A DNA stretch of 63,040 bases, filler included, from Reticulomyxa filosa (GCA_000512085.1; 20 parts of 20 records of this genome joined end to end with filler, not necessarily neighbours in it), one strand, 5' to 3'. Shown: positions 12,788-27,570, counted from the first letter of the whole stretch. The notes: generated from the letters alone by a model not told the origin. Translations and numbers: made by a program.

Positions 12788-13806
12788 CTAAACTTTATTA
12801 CAAATAGCACAAATGTGATTTGGATTGTTTGCGAAATGCTGCTCTTTGATATGTCTGTGCAAATGCGCTTTCTGCTTAAACGTCTTTCGGCATTGCAGAC
12901 AGACATTCTCCGGCCCACACAAACTCTCTAACAACTCATTTAATTTCTGACTTTGGCGTCGACTTGTACTTATAGCTGTGGCTGTGGTTGCGGTCAGAAT
13001 CGAGGTCGTGGATACGTGTTGTCGCTCCTTGATCTGACACGAGTTCAAGTCTTGACTCTCTTGGCTTTGTGCAAGTGGTACAGCAAGACCATGCGCTTTC
13101 TCGTGTTCAATATCTTTACATATTTCCATTGCCTGCATTTTGCTTTCGCTGGAATTCCTGTTCAACAATCTTTCTGTCATCTCTTTGTCCTCGTCATTGT
13201 CTTTCTTGTCTTCTCCATTCTCACCTTGACTCTCTTTCGTCTTCTTCCCTTCGCGTACTTCATGTTTTGAGACATTAGATCTTTTGTTCCACATTTTTTT
13301 TACCGCAGCTGTGATCACCTCATTGGCTAAGTCATAATTTATATACACACATGGAAATACAAAAATATATGTATAAATATACACATATATATATATATAT
13401 ATATAAATATAAATATATATACATATATATATATATATATATTTATAACTCACACACACACACACACGTAAAATAAAACATCGATGCAACATTTGTACAT
13501 CAGAGATACATATACACACATACTGATATGTATATAACCTGTGACATTAGTTTCTCTGGCCTTGATTTTGATGGATGTATCGTCGCTTTGACGAAACTTG
13601 TGCTGTCGTTTATACTTGCGCTGTTTCTTAATTCGTGGAAAGGTGCTTGCGGACGATGCACGTAACAATGATGAAACTGGGTTTCGCGAAGTTTTTTCAT
13701 TTTCACTCACCTCACTTTCATCGTCACTGCTGCTCGATATATGTTCCTTGACTGTTGTCAGGGATGGTAAAGACAGCTCCATTTGCGTGGAGAGTTCATT
13801 AACCAT
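12788..13806 (-). CDS. C2H2 zinc-finger protein, partial
   Basis: CLQCRKTFKQKAHLHRHIKEQH, then a second finger starting CAIC. The upstream exon MVNELST... is separated by a TA/TG-microsatellite intron. Confidence 0.8.
13365..13468. repeat. (TA)n/(CA)n microsatellite inside an intron
   Basis: Read directly from the sequence. Confidence 0.9.
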
Positions 13807-14026
13807 CGCACGTATAACACACACCACAAACAAAACCCTGATGTCGTTGGTTTGTTTTTTTTTTTAAATTATTGGATGGGTTGATTGATTATTCAAAAAA
13901 AAAAAAAAAAANNNNNNNNNNNNNNNNNNNNNNNNNNNNNNNNNNNNNNNNNNNNTTAATTAATTAANNNNNNNNNNNNNNNNNNNNNNNNNNNNNNNNN
14001 NNNNNNNNNNNAAAAAAAAAAAAAAA

Positions 14027-14330
14027 GTCACCTTTGCCGCAGAATTCTCTTTGACACAGTTGTCACACAATACAAATTCTTTACCGAGTTCCACGCTACG
14101 CCATACTGGCAGTGAATAGTTCGCATATTTACCGTATGTCGTACATTTGCATTTCGGATTGTCGCAATACCACTTTTCATTTTCGTCCAGTAAACAGTGT
14201 GGGCCTTCCAATAAGTACGGATGCAGCGTTGTCATCACACGATACCATCGAGTCGACTTCCGCTCCACTGGAATTTTTATCATTCTTTCAGCTACAGAGA
14301 GGCCTTTTGTTGGACAGGATAATTGCTAGT
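14027..14330 (-). CDS. Exon of a hypothetical protein with a Cys-pair zinc-finger-like motif
   Basis: WYCDNPKCKC...FVLCDNCVKE, ending at a GT donor followed by poly-T. Confidence 0.45.
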
Positions 14331-14747
14331 CAACACGGAGTCGGTGCTACAGATTCAAATGTTTTTTTTTAAGTAAACTCGTAAGAAGGGGAGAGAAATG
14401 GAAGAAAAGAGAAGAGAAAAACATGTAGTTCAAAATGTAAACATCGCGATTTGTTGATAATTTCATAATTATGTTTTGCTTTTTTGTTTGTTTTTCCAGT
14501 GTGTCCAAGCCAAACTGTGCAATACTTTTCCTTTTTTTCTTCTCAAACAAAGGACTTTTTTTTTTGTAGACTGGGAGCATTGAAATAACAAAAATAGCTC
14601 ATATGACAAAAGTGCTCACGTTTTTTTGTAGTTTTCTTTGTCTTGTCCTGATCTTGGTCTATTATATTATCATTTTAAGTTTTGAGAAAAAGGTTTTTTT
14701 CAAAGAACAAAAAAAAGGTCAAAAGTAGCTTCTTAAGACGATAAACA

Positions 14748-15032
14748 ATGAACCAAAAAAAAAAAGGCACAACAAGAGGAGAAGAAAAATTGTCGTTAAT
14801 GGACCCGCAATGCATGAGTTATATATTTGGACCAGCAGACGCCAGAACGCGTCCAGGAATGATGCAATTATATTACAAAAAGAACTTGACGGGTTATCCA
14901 AACATAATCTATCCTCCTCGCGAGAATATGTCAGATAAAGAGCTGTACCCGCTGCCATGGGGTGAAGTATACCCCCATCGAGTTTGGTGTAGTGTGTTAA
15001 CAATGTGGCCAGATCGTAGAGCAAACATTGAA
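14748..15032 (+). CDS. Exon of a hypothetical protein, divergent from the previous gene
   Basis: ORF with protein-like composition ending at a GT donor; no family recognised. Confidence 0.4.
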
Positions 15033-15289
15033 GTTTAGCGCAAAGGTTGATCAAAACAAATTGAACCCAAAAAAAAAAAAGGGGGGGGGAGAGAAGCTTT
15101 ATTNNNNNNNNNNNNNNNNNNNNNNNNNNNNNNNNNNNNNNNNNNNNTTAATTAATTAANNNNNNNNNNNNNNNNNNNNNNNNNNNNNNNNNNNNNNNNN
15201 NNNGGTTTAAAGCTGCGTGAATTGTTTCTCAATACCCCCTTGGGACAAGAAAGTCAGAAATTTACAAATAACATAAAAAAAAAAATAAA

Positions 15290-16177
15290 AAAAAAACTCA
15301 TTGTTGTAATGATTATTGGTACTGCCAAGATTTGTTTTCACTTCCTCACTCTTGTTGTCGGATGCGACATTGGCAGTCGTCATCATGTCAGTGACATCAT
15401 TTTGGTTGCTGTGCGAGTTTCGAAAGTGAAACACCACCGGCACAGACGTCTCACCATTTTGCAATGGTGTCATTGTCGCTGTTACACCATTTTCGGCATA
15501 GCTTGATCCTTCCATTCGTCCAATTGAAACGCCTTCAGCATTGTCATTGCCGTTGATATTGTTATTATTGTTATTATTATTGCTATTGTTATTGTCATTG
15601 CTGTTATTGTTGCTGTTGTTATTGCTATTGCCGTTGATGTTGCCATTGTTATTATTTTCTTTGTTTTGTTGCTCTGTACTATTTCTTTTTGTTTTTTATT
15701 TTTATTTTTATTATTTCACAAGACAATCAAACATTTTTTCATCCATTGGGAAAAACATATTCTCATAAAATTCAATGTTTTTCGGACTTTTCTTACTCCT
15801 CTTCAGAAAAAAAATTTAAAAAAAAAAAAAACAACAAAAAAACAAGTACAAAACTGTTTCCCAGGAACATACGTAATTCCATACGTGTTTTGGTAAAACC
15901 GCGCCACGGCCTCATACCCATCGCTTATCGGTTTCTTATCGTCAAGCTTTTTTATTGGTAGACCTGACTTTGTCATTTGCTGCGTTCGTGAACTAATGAT
16001 TTGAGTGGAAGGCACGTGAAGTGGCTTGCTCGGCTGTGTTGGTAGTGCTGGGTTTTGGGCTGTTGCTGCTCTTCGCACATTTGTGCGTTGCTGTGTCAGC
16101 AAGGCAGATGTTGACTCTTGCGAACCATGCAAATGTTTTTGGCTTTTGGAATTGGTCAACCTGGAGTTGAACGGCAT
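15290..16177 (-). CDS. Hypothetical low-complexity (Gln/Asn-rich) protein, partial, multi-exon
   Basis: ATG at 16177, exons separated by homopolymer-rich introns, and an AAT/AAC repeat exon at ~15540-15680. Confidence 0.5.
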
Positions 16178-16537
16178 GGGAACGTTATTGTAGTTGGGAA
16201 TTCCCAGTTATTGTTTTTCTTTTGTAAGTTTGTACTGAACTTTGGCATATATTTGTAATTTTTGAAAAAGCTATCCAATTCTTATGCCATTATTTAATTT
16301 TGACACTTCAAACCAAAAAAGAGATAAAATTTTAATTTATTCAACACTATAATATGTAATCAAATCAAAAAAGATCAGAGAGAGCAATAATATCTCATCC
16401 AGCCAGGTATTACTTTAAAATAAATTCTATAGTAATACTAAGATTATCCTTGACGTTTCATTAAAACAAACAAAATTCTCAAGTTGTTAAGTGAACGGAA
16501 CTTTTCCCTTTTTTTTATTATTAAAAGTCACATTGCC

Positions 16538-17896
<1,359 letters not shown>

Positions 17897-18102
17897 TGTC
17901 GGCAAACAATTTTTTTATTTGTAAACATTGTCTAGTCTCTTGGTCGCCACTTTTTCGTTTTTTTTTAATCAATTGATTTATTGTACTATTTCTCGCTCTT
18001 GGGCAAACCCATTTTTAGCAATGGCATTTTTGGATCTACTTTCGTTTTTTCTCGTTGCATTCTGGTATCTATAAAAAAAAAAGGGGTCACTTTCACTCCA
18101 AA

Positions 18103-19529
18103 ATGTCACATTGTTGTAGATGGCGTAAGTTTTTTGTACAGAATAATTGTAAGAATGCCTGCACTCGTTGCAAGAGATGTTGTGCTTCTTGCAAGAGATG
18201 TTGTGCTTCTTGCAAGAGATGTTGTGCTTCTTGCAAGAGAGGCAAAGAACGGAAGAAAGACAGTGACGATATTTTGCTGATAGGGAAAGAAGGAGGAACG
18301 ATGACAGAGGATAGCAGCACAAAGGCAAACAATAGCATTACGGACACCAATGATAGCCAAGCAGAAAGACCATATAACAGAAAAAAACAACAAGCAATTG
18401 GAGCGCGTACGCGCAAGAAAGATGGCAGTTGTGATGAAAGCGTGGAGTTGGAGATGGTAGTGGTGAACAGCATGAAAGATGAAAAAAATAGAAAAGAGGA
18501 AGAGAAGAGCCAAGTGCAAGAGAAATTGCAATCCAAACAAGAAAATACTTCAGAGTCCCCACCGCCAATGGGAGTAATCGAGCAAGATAGGACATTCACA
18601 GAAGCCGAGCAGGTCGAAGTGCTTCCAGAGAACGAGACTATGTGGGAAAAAGGTTTTATTGTACAGGTGCTTAAAGATGACAAGTATATGGTCCGCCATC
18701 GCAAAAATTTCAATGGTTTTTTTTTTTTGAATTGTATTAAAAAAAAGTAATCGCAAAGATTATTTGACTGACTCCAAAAAAAAAAAAAAAAAAAGGTGAT
18801 TATTCGTACAATATGTTCAAGGCGCAACAGATTCGTCTGCCGACGACAAAGTGGAAGAATAATGGTCCTTCACAGTTGGACGACATTGTAAAAGACGTAA
18901 TGGAAGTATTGTTGGACGGACCAGAGAGTAACAACAATGAGACATCTGATAGAAATACACAATCCCAACCATTGAATGTAATGTTGGCCATGTGCAACAC
19001 CTGGTGCGATACAGACTTGTATAGCGATCTTTTATATCGTGACAATCCAGAGTCCTTTCATATGGGCGCTGACTTCTTCACCTCGCGCATGCTCGGAGTG
19101 AATGTCATGCAGTTCTTGTATCCTAATAAGTATCGGTGGAAAGTACATTGCTTTTGGTGCTATCCCTCATCGCAGCGTCGCGATCCTGTTTGGATGGTTC
19201 GGGACACTGTTCATCATCACTTAGTCACCGACACTGCAAACAACTGTTACAACAATTGGATCCCCAGAAATAAGATCAAGACTGCACCCGTCATTATTGT
19301 TCAGGTCTTTTGTGACTATTGCAATGTCGAAATGCTTGAACATGACTACTCGTTTCGATGCTCAGAGTACAAACACGACATCTGCTTGAAATGCTTTCAT
19401 ACCTTATATCGCGAACATAACAACTTATTGCGGATCTTGACCGATCTTTTGCAACGCCGATTAAACTCGGATTGCATTTTCGAAATTGTCTGTTACACTG
19501 TTGGACATATTTTGAAATTTGACACTTAA
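18103..19529 (+). CDS. Hypothetical protein: Cys-rich N-terminal repeat, Tudor/Agenet-like segment and C-terminal Cys/His zinc-finger-like motif
   Basis: Intron 18716-18795 joins the two ORFs in frame. Motifs: FTEAEQVEVL...WEKGFIVQV...KYMVRH and CDYC...RC...HDICLKC. Confidence 0.7.
18169..18240 (+). repeat. Perfect 21-bp coding tandem repeat (TGCAAGAGATGTTGTGCTTCT)x3.4 encoding CKRCCAS
   Basis: Read directly from the sequence. Confidence 0.95.
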
Positions 19530-20063
19530 ATTGCTTTACCACGTTTGCTTCTTCACACTCTTTTGATTGTGGCAGAGGACGAGGAGAAAGTAAGTAAAAC
19601 AGAAAATTTGGATTTTTTTTTTTTTTTTTTGTAATTGATCTTTTTCTTTTCAAAAGAAAAACAGATATACTTTGCTATACTGAAATCAGAGTTTGACAAG
19701 TTTACACATCATTTTTTTGTTCAACATTTAACTATGGTTTATTCAAACATTTTCAAATGCTAAACGTTCGTCTTTCTTTTTGCTTCAATTTCCTTTCAAA
19801 AAAAAATCCTAGTCCAGCACAGTCCCAAAAGGAATATTTTTGTTTAGAGACATCTTTGTGAAATTCAACATATTTAGAATTTTTTGTTGTGTACATTCTT
19901 TGAGTGCTTACAAAATTTTGATTNNNNNNNNNNNNNNNNNNNNNNNNNNNNNNNNNNNNNNNNNNNNTTAATTAATTAANNNNNNNNNNNNNNNNNNNNN
20001 NNNNNNNNNNNNNNNNNNNNNNNTTTAAAAAAAAAAAAATGCGCAAAGCAAAGAAGAAAAGTT

Positions 20064-20396
20064 ATGCTCCCCCTTTTCCCCCGAACCTGAGGACGTGTGT
20101 CCAATGTCTTCAAATACTGGAAGGGGCTTCACGTTCTTTTGCTTGGCTGCTTTTGTCGTCCCAACGCTTCCTGTTTTGGTGCCTTTTCCACTACTCGTTG
20201 AACTTGAAGCGGCTGTCGTCTTGCTACTCGATGATGCCGTCCCGGGTGCGCCTGTCTCGGTTGTGAAAGAGGTCTCGCCCTCTCGTGTTGAGATGTTAGG
20301 CACTTCTATTGAAAGAACAACGGAAAACACATGTCTTGAACGTCAATCACGTAACATATCCGACACTCTTGTACTTTTTCTTTCTTAACTTTGCAT
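20064..20396 (-). CDS. 5' exons of a Ser/Thr-rich hypothetical protein (partial)
   Basis: GC-richer exon EVPNISTREGETSFTTETG...; no family recognised. Confidence 0.4.
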
Positions 20397-21819
20397 GTCC
20401 AAACTTTGCGGGATGGCAATAGATAATTTTCACTATAAAAACAAATTTTTTTTAAGAAAATCCTGGGCAAAAGCTTACAGAACATTCTCAGAACTCAAGC
20501 GTGATATATCTTTAAAAAGATAAAACGATTCGATCCATATCGCTTTCTCTTTAATCCCTTTATCTGTAGTAATGAGCTAGCTACAAAAAAAAATAATACT
20601 TTTATCAACATGTAACCACTAGCTGTTGTAATACACAATATTTTAATTTTTTAAATAAAACCTCAACATAATAGTGATAAATTTAGCTGCTTTTATCGAG
20701 TCTATATGTTCTTGTAAAATAATTTTAATTTTTTGATTATATTCTGATTTTGGAATAACACTTGCGATTTTGCTAGTTGGTCTGATTTACAACGAAATTT
20801 TGAACTTATTAGCTGTCGATTCCACACTAGTACCTTATTGAAAAAAAAATCAAAAACTTAAGAAACTATTAAGACATGTTAAAAATGATTAAAAAAAGGT
20901 CATTATAAAGCACAAAACAAAATATTATATAAAATAGATAAAGTTTAGTATATTTAAACTAAAAATTACACAAAAAAGCATACTCAAAAATATGCAATGA
21001 AGAATCCACAAAGTAGCTTATTCTAAACGGAGAAAAAGTTAATGTTTGCTTTTAAACATAATAATTAATGAAACAATATTTAACATTTAGCATACATATT
21101 GTAATTATTTTTTATTTGTATTTTATTTATTTATTTTGTTAATATCAAACTTCTTTAAATTTATGCTTTATAACGTTAAATAAACTAATATTCTCTGAAA
21201 TAATATCACTACAACTTGATTTGTAATATCAATTTTGAAGTGATATGCAAAAATATTTCTCTTTTGGTCAACTGCTTGAAAAGTGTTAATTGCAAAATAT
21301 CTGTTTTAATCTTCATGGCAAGTAGATATAAGTTTAAGATAATATTCAAATAAAAACTGTAATAGTGAGTTTTACTCAAAAAACTATAGTGCAAATAAAC
21401 ATCGACACAAACATATTTTCTAGGACTTTATGTTTTCTTAGGTTAACTTTAGCAAAGGTAGTCCGCTTAAATTTGTAATTATTGAAAGGCAAAACGCATA
21501 TCAGCAACTAGTGACAAACAACGCACAAATGGGTTAAAAAGGTCTAGGAGCAGCAACAGCAGAAGTAAAATACGATTGCTTTTGGACTAAAATTTTAGCA
21601 AAAAAATATAATGAATTAATAATAGAATGATCCAAAAGGAAACAAACAACAAACAAGAAAAGTTGATGAAAGCGGTACGAAGAAAATTCTCAAAGTCTCT
21701 TGGAACATCACAACTATCAGTAGGGCATCCCCTACACCCGAAACTGATTTTTTGTCTGCGCATAGCAGTGACTGAAGGATTGCACTCTATGTCCCTCCCC
21801 CCTTCCCAACACAAACCAA

Positions 21820-23610
21820 ACCGGCAATGAAATCGTCATAAGTGTGTGGCATAAGAGTAATTTTAAAATTTTGAAAGCGTGTAAAATCTGAATATTTTGT
21901 GTATGGCCCTTGTGATTTTCCTTTCGTTTTGTTGAATATATTTTTGTTCAACTTTTTCGATTTGCAAGCATTTTGTATTATCAACAAAAAAAATAAATTC
22001 TACAACCTCCATAATCCAGATATCGAATGAAACACCAATACCACACACCAAAAAAAAAAAAAAAAAAAAATTGGATATATATTACAATAGCAATATCTTG
22101 CAATATAATGCAAAGATGCGTCCACGGACTTTGTGTGTGTGTGTTGACAAGTGCATATGTGTGAGTGAGGACGAGCTACAATCTAAGTTTTGAGACTTCA
22201 CAATGTTATTTTTTTGTAAACACCTTAGAAAAACTTGATTACGATGTGCATTAAAAAAAAAAAAAAAAAGAGAGAGAGAATATAAGCATCATTGCAATAG
22301 TGTAAAGATTTTACATTAAAAGAAAGGAGGGTAATGCGAAAGAGAGAGAGGGGGGGAGGGACTCTACTTTTCCAAAATTTTGAGCAACTCAAAAGTGTCG
22401 GACTCACTAGTGACGGAAATGTGCCTAAGCCAGCACGACTGTCCGAATTTGTGTTTGAATTCCACGACCAACTCGATAAGGTTGGCAGTGACGACTCCGG
22501 TTTCCTTGAGCGACAAGTGCGTCAAAAAAGTGCACTTGTTCGCGATCGTGGCAAGCAACGTGGGCACGCAGTGATGAGTGAACGGGTTGTTGTCCAGCCA
22601 CAATGACTTTAACTGCAACAGTCCGTTGCTGTTCTCGTTGATGCAATCGCACAGGTATTTTATCGCCTTGTTATTCAGGTGATTGCTTCGCAAGCAAATA
22701 TGCGTCAGCATGCCGTGTCCCCATGGGAACGAAAACATGCTCGGCGGCACCTGATACGATATGCTTTTCAATATGCTTCCCAGCCACTCCAAACGTTTTT
22801 TCAACGACGATTGGGCGTTACGTGACAAATTTAATTGTGTAAACTCTTTTTTTTTTTTAAAAAGTTAGAAAAAGACGCCCATATATACATATATGTACAT
22901 ATTATGCATATGTATATATGTATGTGTGTATTGTCTCCCTCTTTGCTTTAATAAGTACGTATACTTTCATCACCCAATCCTAAAAAAAAAAAATTATTTT
23001 TTTGGTCTAGAACATAGTGTACGTATACGTATACGGTTTTGTTAAAAAAAAAAAAAAAAAAAATATATGTACATATTATACATGTATACATACATAAATT
23101 TATACATAATATGTACATACATATATGTATATGACATTAACTATGTGTTCGACTCAAGTGTCCCAAATATAACAGCCAAATTTTTAATTCGAACAATTGT
23201 ATGAATGAAAGCTTGTCAAAAATACCGTCGTTAAGTTGGACCCAACCGTCCAATAACGATATCACTTTGATCTCTTGCAATGACGGTATGTTGTTCATAT
23301 TGTGGATCATTTGGTCTCGGAAGTGCGTCTTGATGTTCACCTTTGTTATGCTGCTCACTGAATTGTCCACGGACTGCTGCGGAGATGACATAGACAGCAC
23401 CAAATGGCTTATCGAAAGCAATTGGTAAAAATGAGCGCATGTTCGAGCCAGACACCATTGCTCGTATTGATACATAAAAGGGAGAATGTGGTAACACAAT
23501 ACGTCATCTGAAACTGCAAGAAATGAAAGCACATTACTATTATCTTCAAGTTTTTTCGAGCTTAATTTTTTTTGTAATCGCTTCAAAGCTTTCATTCTTT
23601 TTCCTCCCAA
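21820..23610 (-). CDS. F-box-like plus RNI-type leucine-rich-repeat protein, multi-exon (ends approximate)
   Basis: VSDDVLCYHILPFM...LARTCAHFYQL is F-box-like. LTHICLRSNHL, LKSLWLDNNPF and LTHLSLKETGV are LRRs. Confidence 0.7.
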
Positions 23611-23951
23611 TATTTATTATTAACTAGTTTTTTTTTACTAAGGCAACGAATCTCTTTGAGGATATTTTTTGTTACATTAAAAAAAAAAAGAAAGAGAGGC
23701 ATTGTCCTCGATTACTTTAATGTCTTTGTTTAGTCTTTTTTATCAACATCAACGAGAAAATTGCGCTTTTTTTTATCGTTCCCTTCATGTTGGCTAATGG
23801 GAAGATTGTAAATTTTGCATCACAGTGTCATTACAACTATATAGTTCCACTGCTTGTGAGCAGAACACAAGCGGGTCCTCATGGGATCGAATCCCCTTGT
23901 GGGGGGATTGAGAAAACCAAACAAAAAAAGAGCGTCGAGACCCTTTGAATC

Positions 23952-24615
23952 ATGCCTCAAAAAGAAGCTGAAACCAACGGAAATAATCCAGGCCCTTCCG
24001 GAGACAAAAAAGATGAAGAAATTGTCATTTATGACAGGTATTTTTGCGTTCATGTAGTAACAATCCTTGTTGTCTGTGAAACACTTAGTCCATTTTTAGG
24101 AGAGGGATTTCTACCCCTTTTTTTTTTACGTATAGTTGTAAATGTCATAAAATTTTACAAGAACTTTTTTTAAAAAAAATAATGTTTGCTATAGCTCTGA
24201 ACGACCAACCGCATGGAATTGTATTCGCATTCTTTGGTGCGGATGTGCGGAACCAACACAGCACATAACCACAAAGTACATAAAAGAAAATCGATGGAAA
24301 GGATGTGCACGAGAAACAAATTCACTGGCAATGGAAAACATCTACGACGTGAGGAGACAGCAAACCTTGTGTTTTGTTTGTTTGAATGGCTTGCCGTGTT
24401 GTGCGTGTTGTAATGACATGGGAGACATTGTCTTGTATGTCACGGACGAAACGGAACGTTTGTCAAGTGGAAAACACTCCCAATGGCTTTTAGTCGATGT
24501 TGCTAACAGTCTTAAAGTCCATGAAAGACTTACCGCACACTTGCAAACGCTCCATGCAGACTGGAGAAAAACTGGTCGACAGATGGGTCGCAAACTCAAG
24601 CAAGTGGAAAAATAA
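23952..24615 (+). CDS. Small two-exon hypothetical protein
   Basis: ATG exon with a GT donor at ~24038, an AG acceptor at ~24193 and an open second exon ending at 24615. Confidence 0.5.
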
Positions 24616-24889
24616 AACCTTTGCAATTCAATTGTTTGCTTTTTTTTTTTTTTGTAAAATTCAAAATTATTTCTTTTTCTTGTTTACGTCATTCACTGAA
24701 TGCCTTCACCAACTGTTCTCTTGGCACTTAAACATGCTTCTAGGTGATTTTCATTTTTTAAGAAAAAATGATTTTCTGTGCAAAGTTTTGACTCATTTGT
24801 GTATCTGACGATCAACATATAATAATTGTTTTAATATTGAAACTATTTTGTGATATTCCTTTCAAAGTTTTACTTCATATTACAATATA

Positions 24890-25100
24890 CAGTAGAACGC
24901 AAAAGAAAGTTGACATATAAAACTGCAGTTCATGAAGATGGTTGATTTTCTCCATGAAAAAACAACATTTAATCAATTTTTTGTTTAAAGAAAAATATCT
25001 ACAAATCGTGGTTTTTAAATATCATTTTGGTTTTTTATTTTTTAGTTCGAAATTTTTTCAAAGATTTGAATCTTTCATTTGATTTTTGAAATTTTCTTTT
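24890..25100. mobile_element. Left-end TIR of the Tc1-like family (diverged)
   Basis: TA|CAGTAGAACGCAAAAGAAAGTTGACA... aligns with the 37553 and 38935 copies. Confidence 0.75.
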
Positions 25101-25808
25101 TTTAAGCATTTTTGTAAAATATCTTGCAAAACATTTTTTTTGTTTTGATGTTTTTTTGTTTATTTGTTAATTTTTTTTGTTTTTATTGCTTTAATTGTTT
25201 GTGTTATTGTTTTTTTTGTTTAAAAAAATATCAAGACTACTTCATCATCAGTGGCAAGTAAAATCAAAAAACAGTTAAAAAACAGACAACGTTCAATGTA
25301 AATGATAAAATATCCAAATACATTAACACATGGCAGAATGGTAAAAAAAAGTACAAATGCTCAAAATAAACGTATGCTGAATGTATATTCGAAGCAAAAA
25401 TTCAATAACAATGATATTTGTTTTTTCTTTTGCCACAAACCACATGACCGTTGCAACATGTAATACAGAATTGTGATTGTGGTCAAGATTATGATGAATT
25501 AAGATGTTTTAAGACATCAAGAAGTATTATCATTAATGTGATTTGAATTTGTTGAATTATTTTTACAATAAGCAATTTTTATTTTGCACATTTAAAATTT
25601 TTGTGAATTCGGCCAGTTGGAATAAATCCTAGTTATTTTTCCTTTTCTATTATTATGAGATAATGTATTTCTTTATGAATTTGGAAGCTTTGTGATATCA
25701 ACTAGTTGAAACAAATCAATATGATGTTTCTAAATGTCTAGAAAAGAAAAATTAAAATATTTTTGCTTGTTGCCATTGTTTCGGTTTTTTTTTATACAAG
25801 TTTTGATA

Positions 25809-25982
25809 TGTGGGACGTCAGCTGGAAGAGGTTATACTAAATGTAATACGAAAAGGGTTTTACTCAAGAAACCAGTGTTCGGTAAAACAAAAGTGAATTA
25901 AATAAAGAAAGACGAATGACGCAACAAAAGAAGAAAATAAAACAAAAGAGTAAGTGAAGTTGGTTGAGGAGTTTTAGCCCAC
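25809..25982 (+). repeat. Dispersed repeat, copy 1 (LTR-like, starts TGTGGGACGTC; cut by contig end)
   Basis: Colinear similarity to 49656-49861 on a different contig. Confidence 0.7.
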
Positions 25983-26808
25983 NNNNNNNNNNNNNNNNNN
26001 NNNNNNNNNNNNNNNNNNNNNNNNNNTTAATTAATTAANNNNNNNNNNNNNNNNNNNNNNNNNNNNNNNNNNNNNNNNNNNNTTGTTTCTGCCCATATAC
26101 ATCCTTTGACTTTAAACTCCGAATCTGTAATTTAATGACTTAACAAACGTTTTAAAAGAAAAACGTGACTGTCACGTGATACAATATGACTTCATAAAGA
26201 GAAAACTTGTGTAAGAAATGTTTTGAGCATATAAAATTGAAAATTTTTAAAATCCTGAAAAAAATTTTGAAGTATTAAAAAATTCATTGTTCTTCGTTTC
26301 CTTTAGAAAAGGAAAGATTTGTAATAAAACGAAAGGGTGCTATTGCTTTGATTCACTGACTTTTTCTCGATTTTCAATTTGCAGTTCTGAAAGTGTGAGT
26401 GTATTGAAATTGGAATAGCAAAGTGACCAACGTCGGATATGTTGGAATAAGGAGATTTGTCATTCAAAAAAACATAACTGATGCATTGTTTGCACTGCGT
26501 ATTTACATAACACAGTACATCAAAAGGCATAGAAGAGTTGTCTTTTCGAAATCTGTCGACAAAATTTGATACGAATATGATACATTTTGAAAAAAGAATA
26601 TTAAATAATATTATGTCAGGTCGACGAATTGTCGATTGGAAGTTATTTCATCAGTATCAGACAGCTTTTCTTCCAAATGTATTCTATTTTCTTGGAGCGC
26701 GTTGGGAGATCTTGATGGCTTTTATGCAAAGAGGGAAAAAAAAAAGGGGGCAAAACAATAATTGAATTGGCTAAATGTATCTAAATAAACAAGCAAACAA
26801 AGGACAAT

Positions 26809-27570
26809 TCAGTGTCGTTTCTCTACCTGAAAATGTTGACGTAGAATATCGGATTTATTAACCAGCGGTACATCTCTAATAACACTATCAGTGATATCGG
26901 TGAGTGCGTGAGCAGCAGTCGGAATCGCAGTATGAATTGTCTCACAATAAATTGATTCCCTTGTTTCCTTTTTTTTTCTATGGACATGTCTTATATGTTC
27001 AGTATTTCCATCTTTCTCAAGTGGTGGAATGTTTAGAACAGCTGAAGGAGCAGCTTTCAATCTTGAAGTAGTTGTAGTTGATGTTGATGTCATTGTTGTT
27101 GTTGCCTTTTGGTCACGTTGAAGAATGGACCAGAGTTCTTCAATCCCTTTTTGTGTATCAACCTCGCATTGGAGTCTTCTTCTTTTCCTCGCAGGTACTG
27201 TTGTGTGTCCATTTTCAATCTCTTTCTCAACGTAAGCTTGTTTCCGTGTCTTCTTCTGATTTTTCTGGTCTGATCGACGAATCGTGTTGGCGTCCTTATG
27301 CTTTGTCTTGTTTTTTGTCTTACAAAATGTTTGATAGTTGTCCGTGGACTGGTATTGCTTCAATACTTCCTCACAGGTCTCCAAAGCTTCTTCTGGCTCC
27401 CACGTCGGTGAAAATTTTGCTTCGTCGGTCGATCTCCAACTCACCAAATATTCTGTCGTTTTTCCGGTCTGTCGGTGATCCAATATTCGATCAACCAGCC
27501 AAAGCATATCCGATTGCTTGTCTTCTGTTTCTATTTTGTGTTGTTTTCCCCTCAATTTAAGGCTTGCCAT
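26809..27570 (-). CDS. Chromodomain protein (main exon; further exons likely on both sides)
   Basis: WLVDRILDHR...EYLVSWR...PTWEPEEALETCEEVLKQY is a canonical chromo domain. Confidence 0.85.
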   Translation of the reverse strand: MASLKLRGKQHKIETEDKQSDMLWLVDRILDHRQTGKTTEYLVSWRSTDEAKFSPTWEPEEALETCEEVLKQYQSTDNYQTFCKTKNKTKHKDANTIRRSDQKNQKKTRKQAYVEKEIENGHTTVPARKRRRLQCEVDTQKGIEELWSILQRDQKATTTMTSTSTTTTSRLKAAPSAVLNIPPLEKDGNTEHIRHVHRKKKETRESIYCETIHTAIPTAAHALTDITDSVIRDVPLVNKSDILRQHFQVEKRH

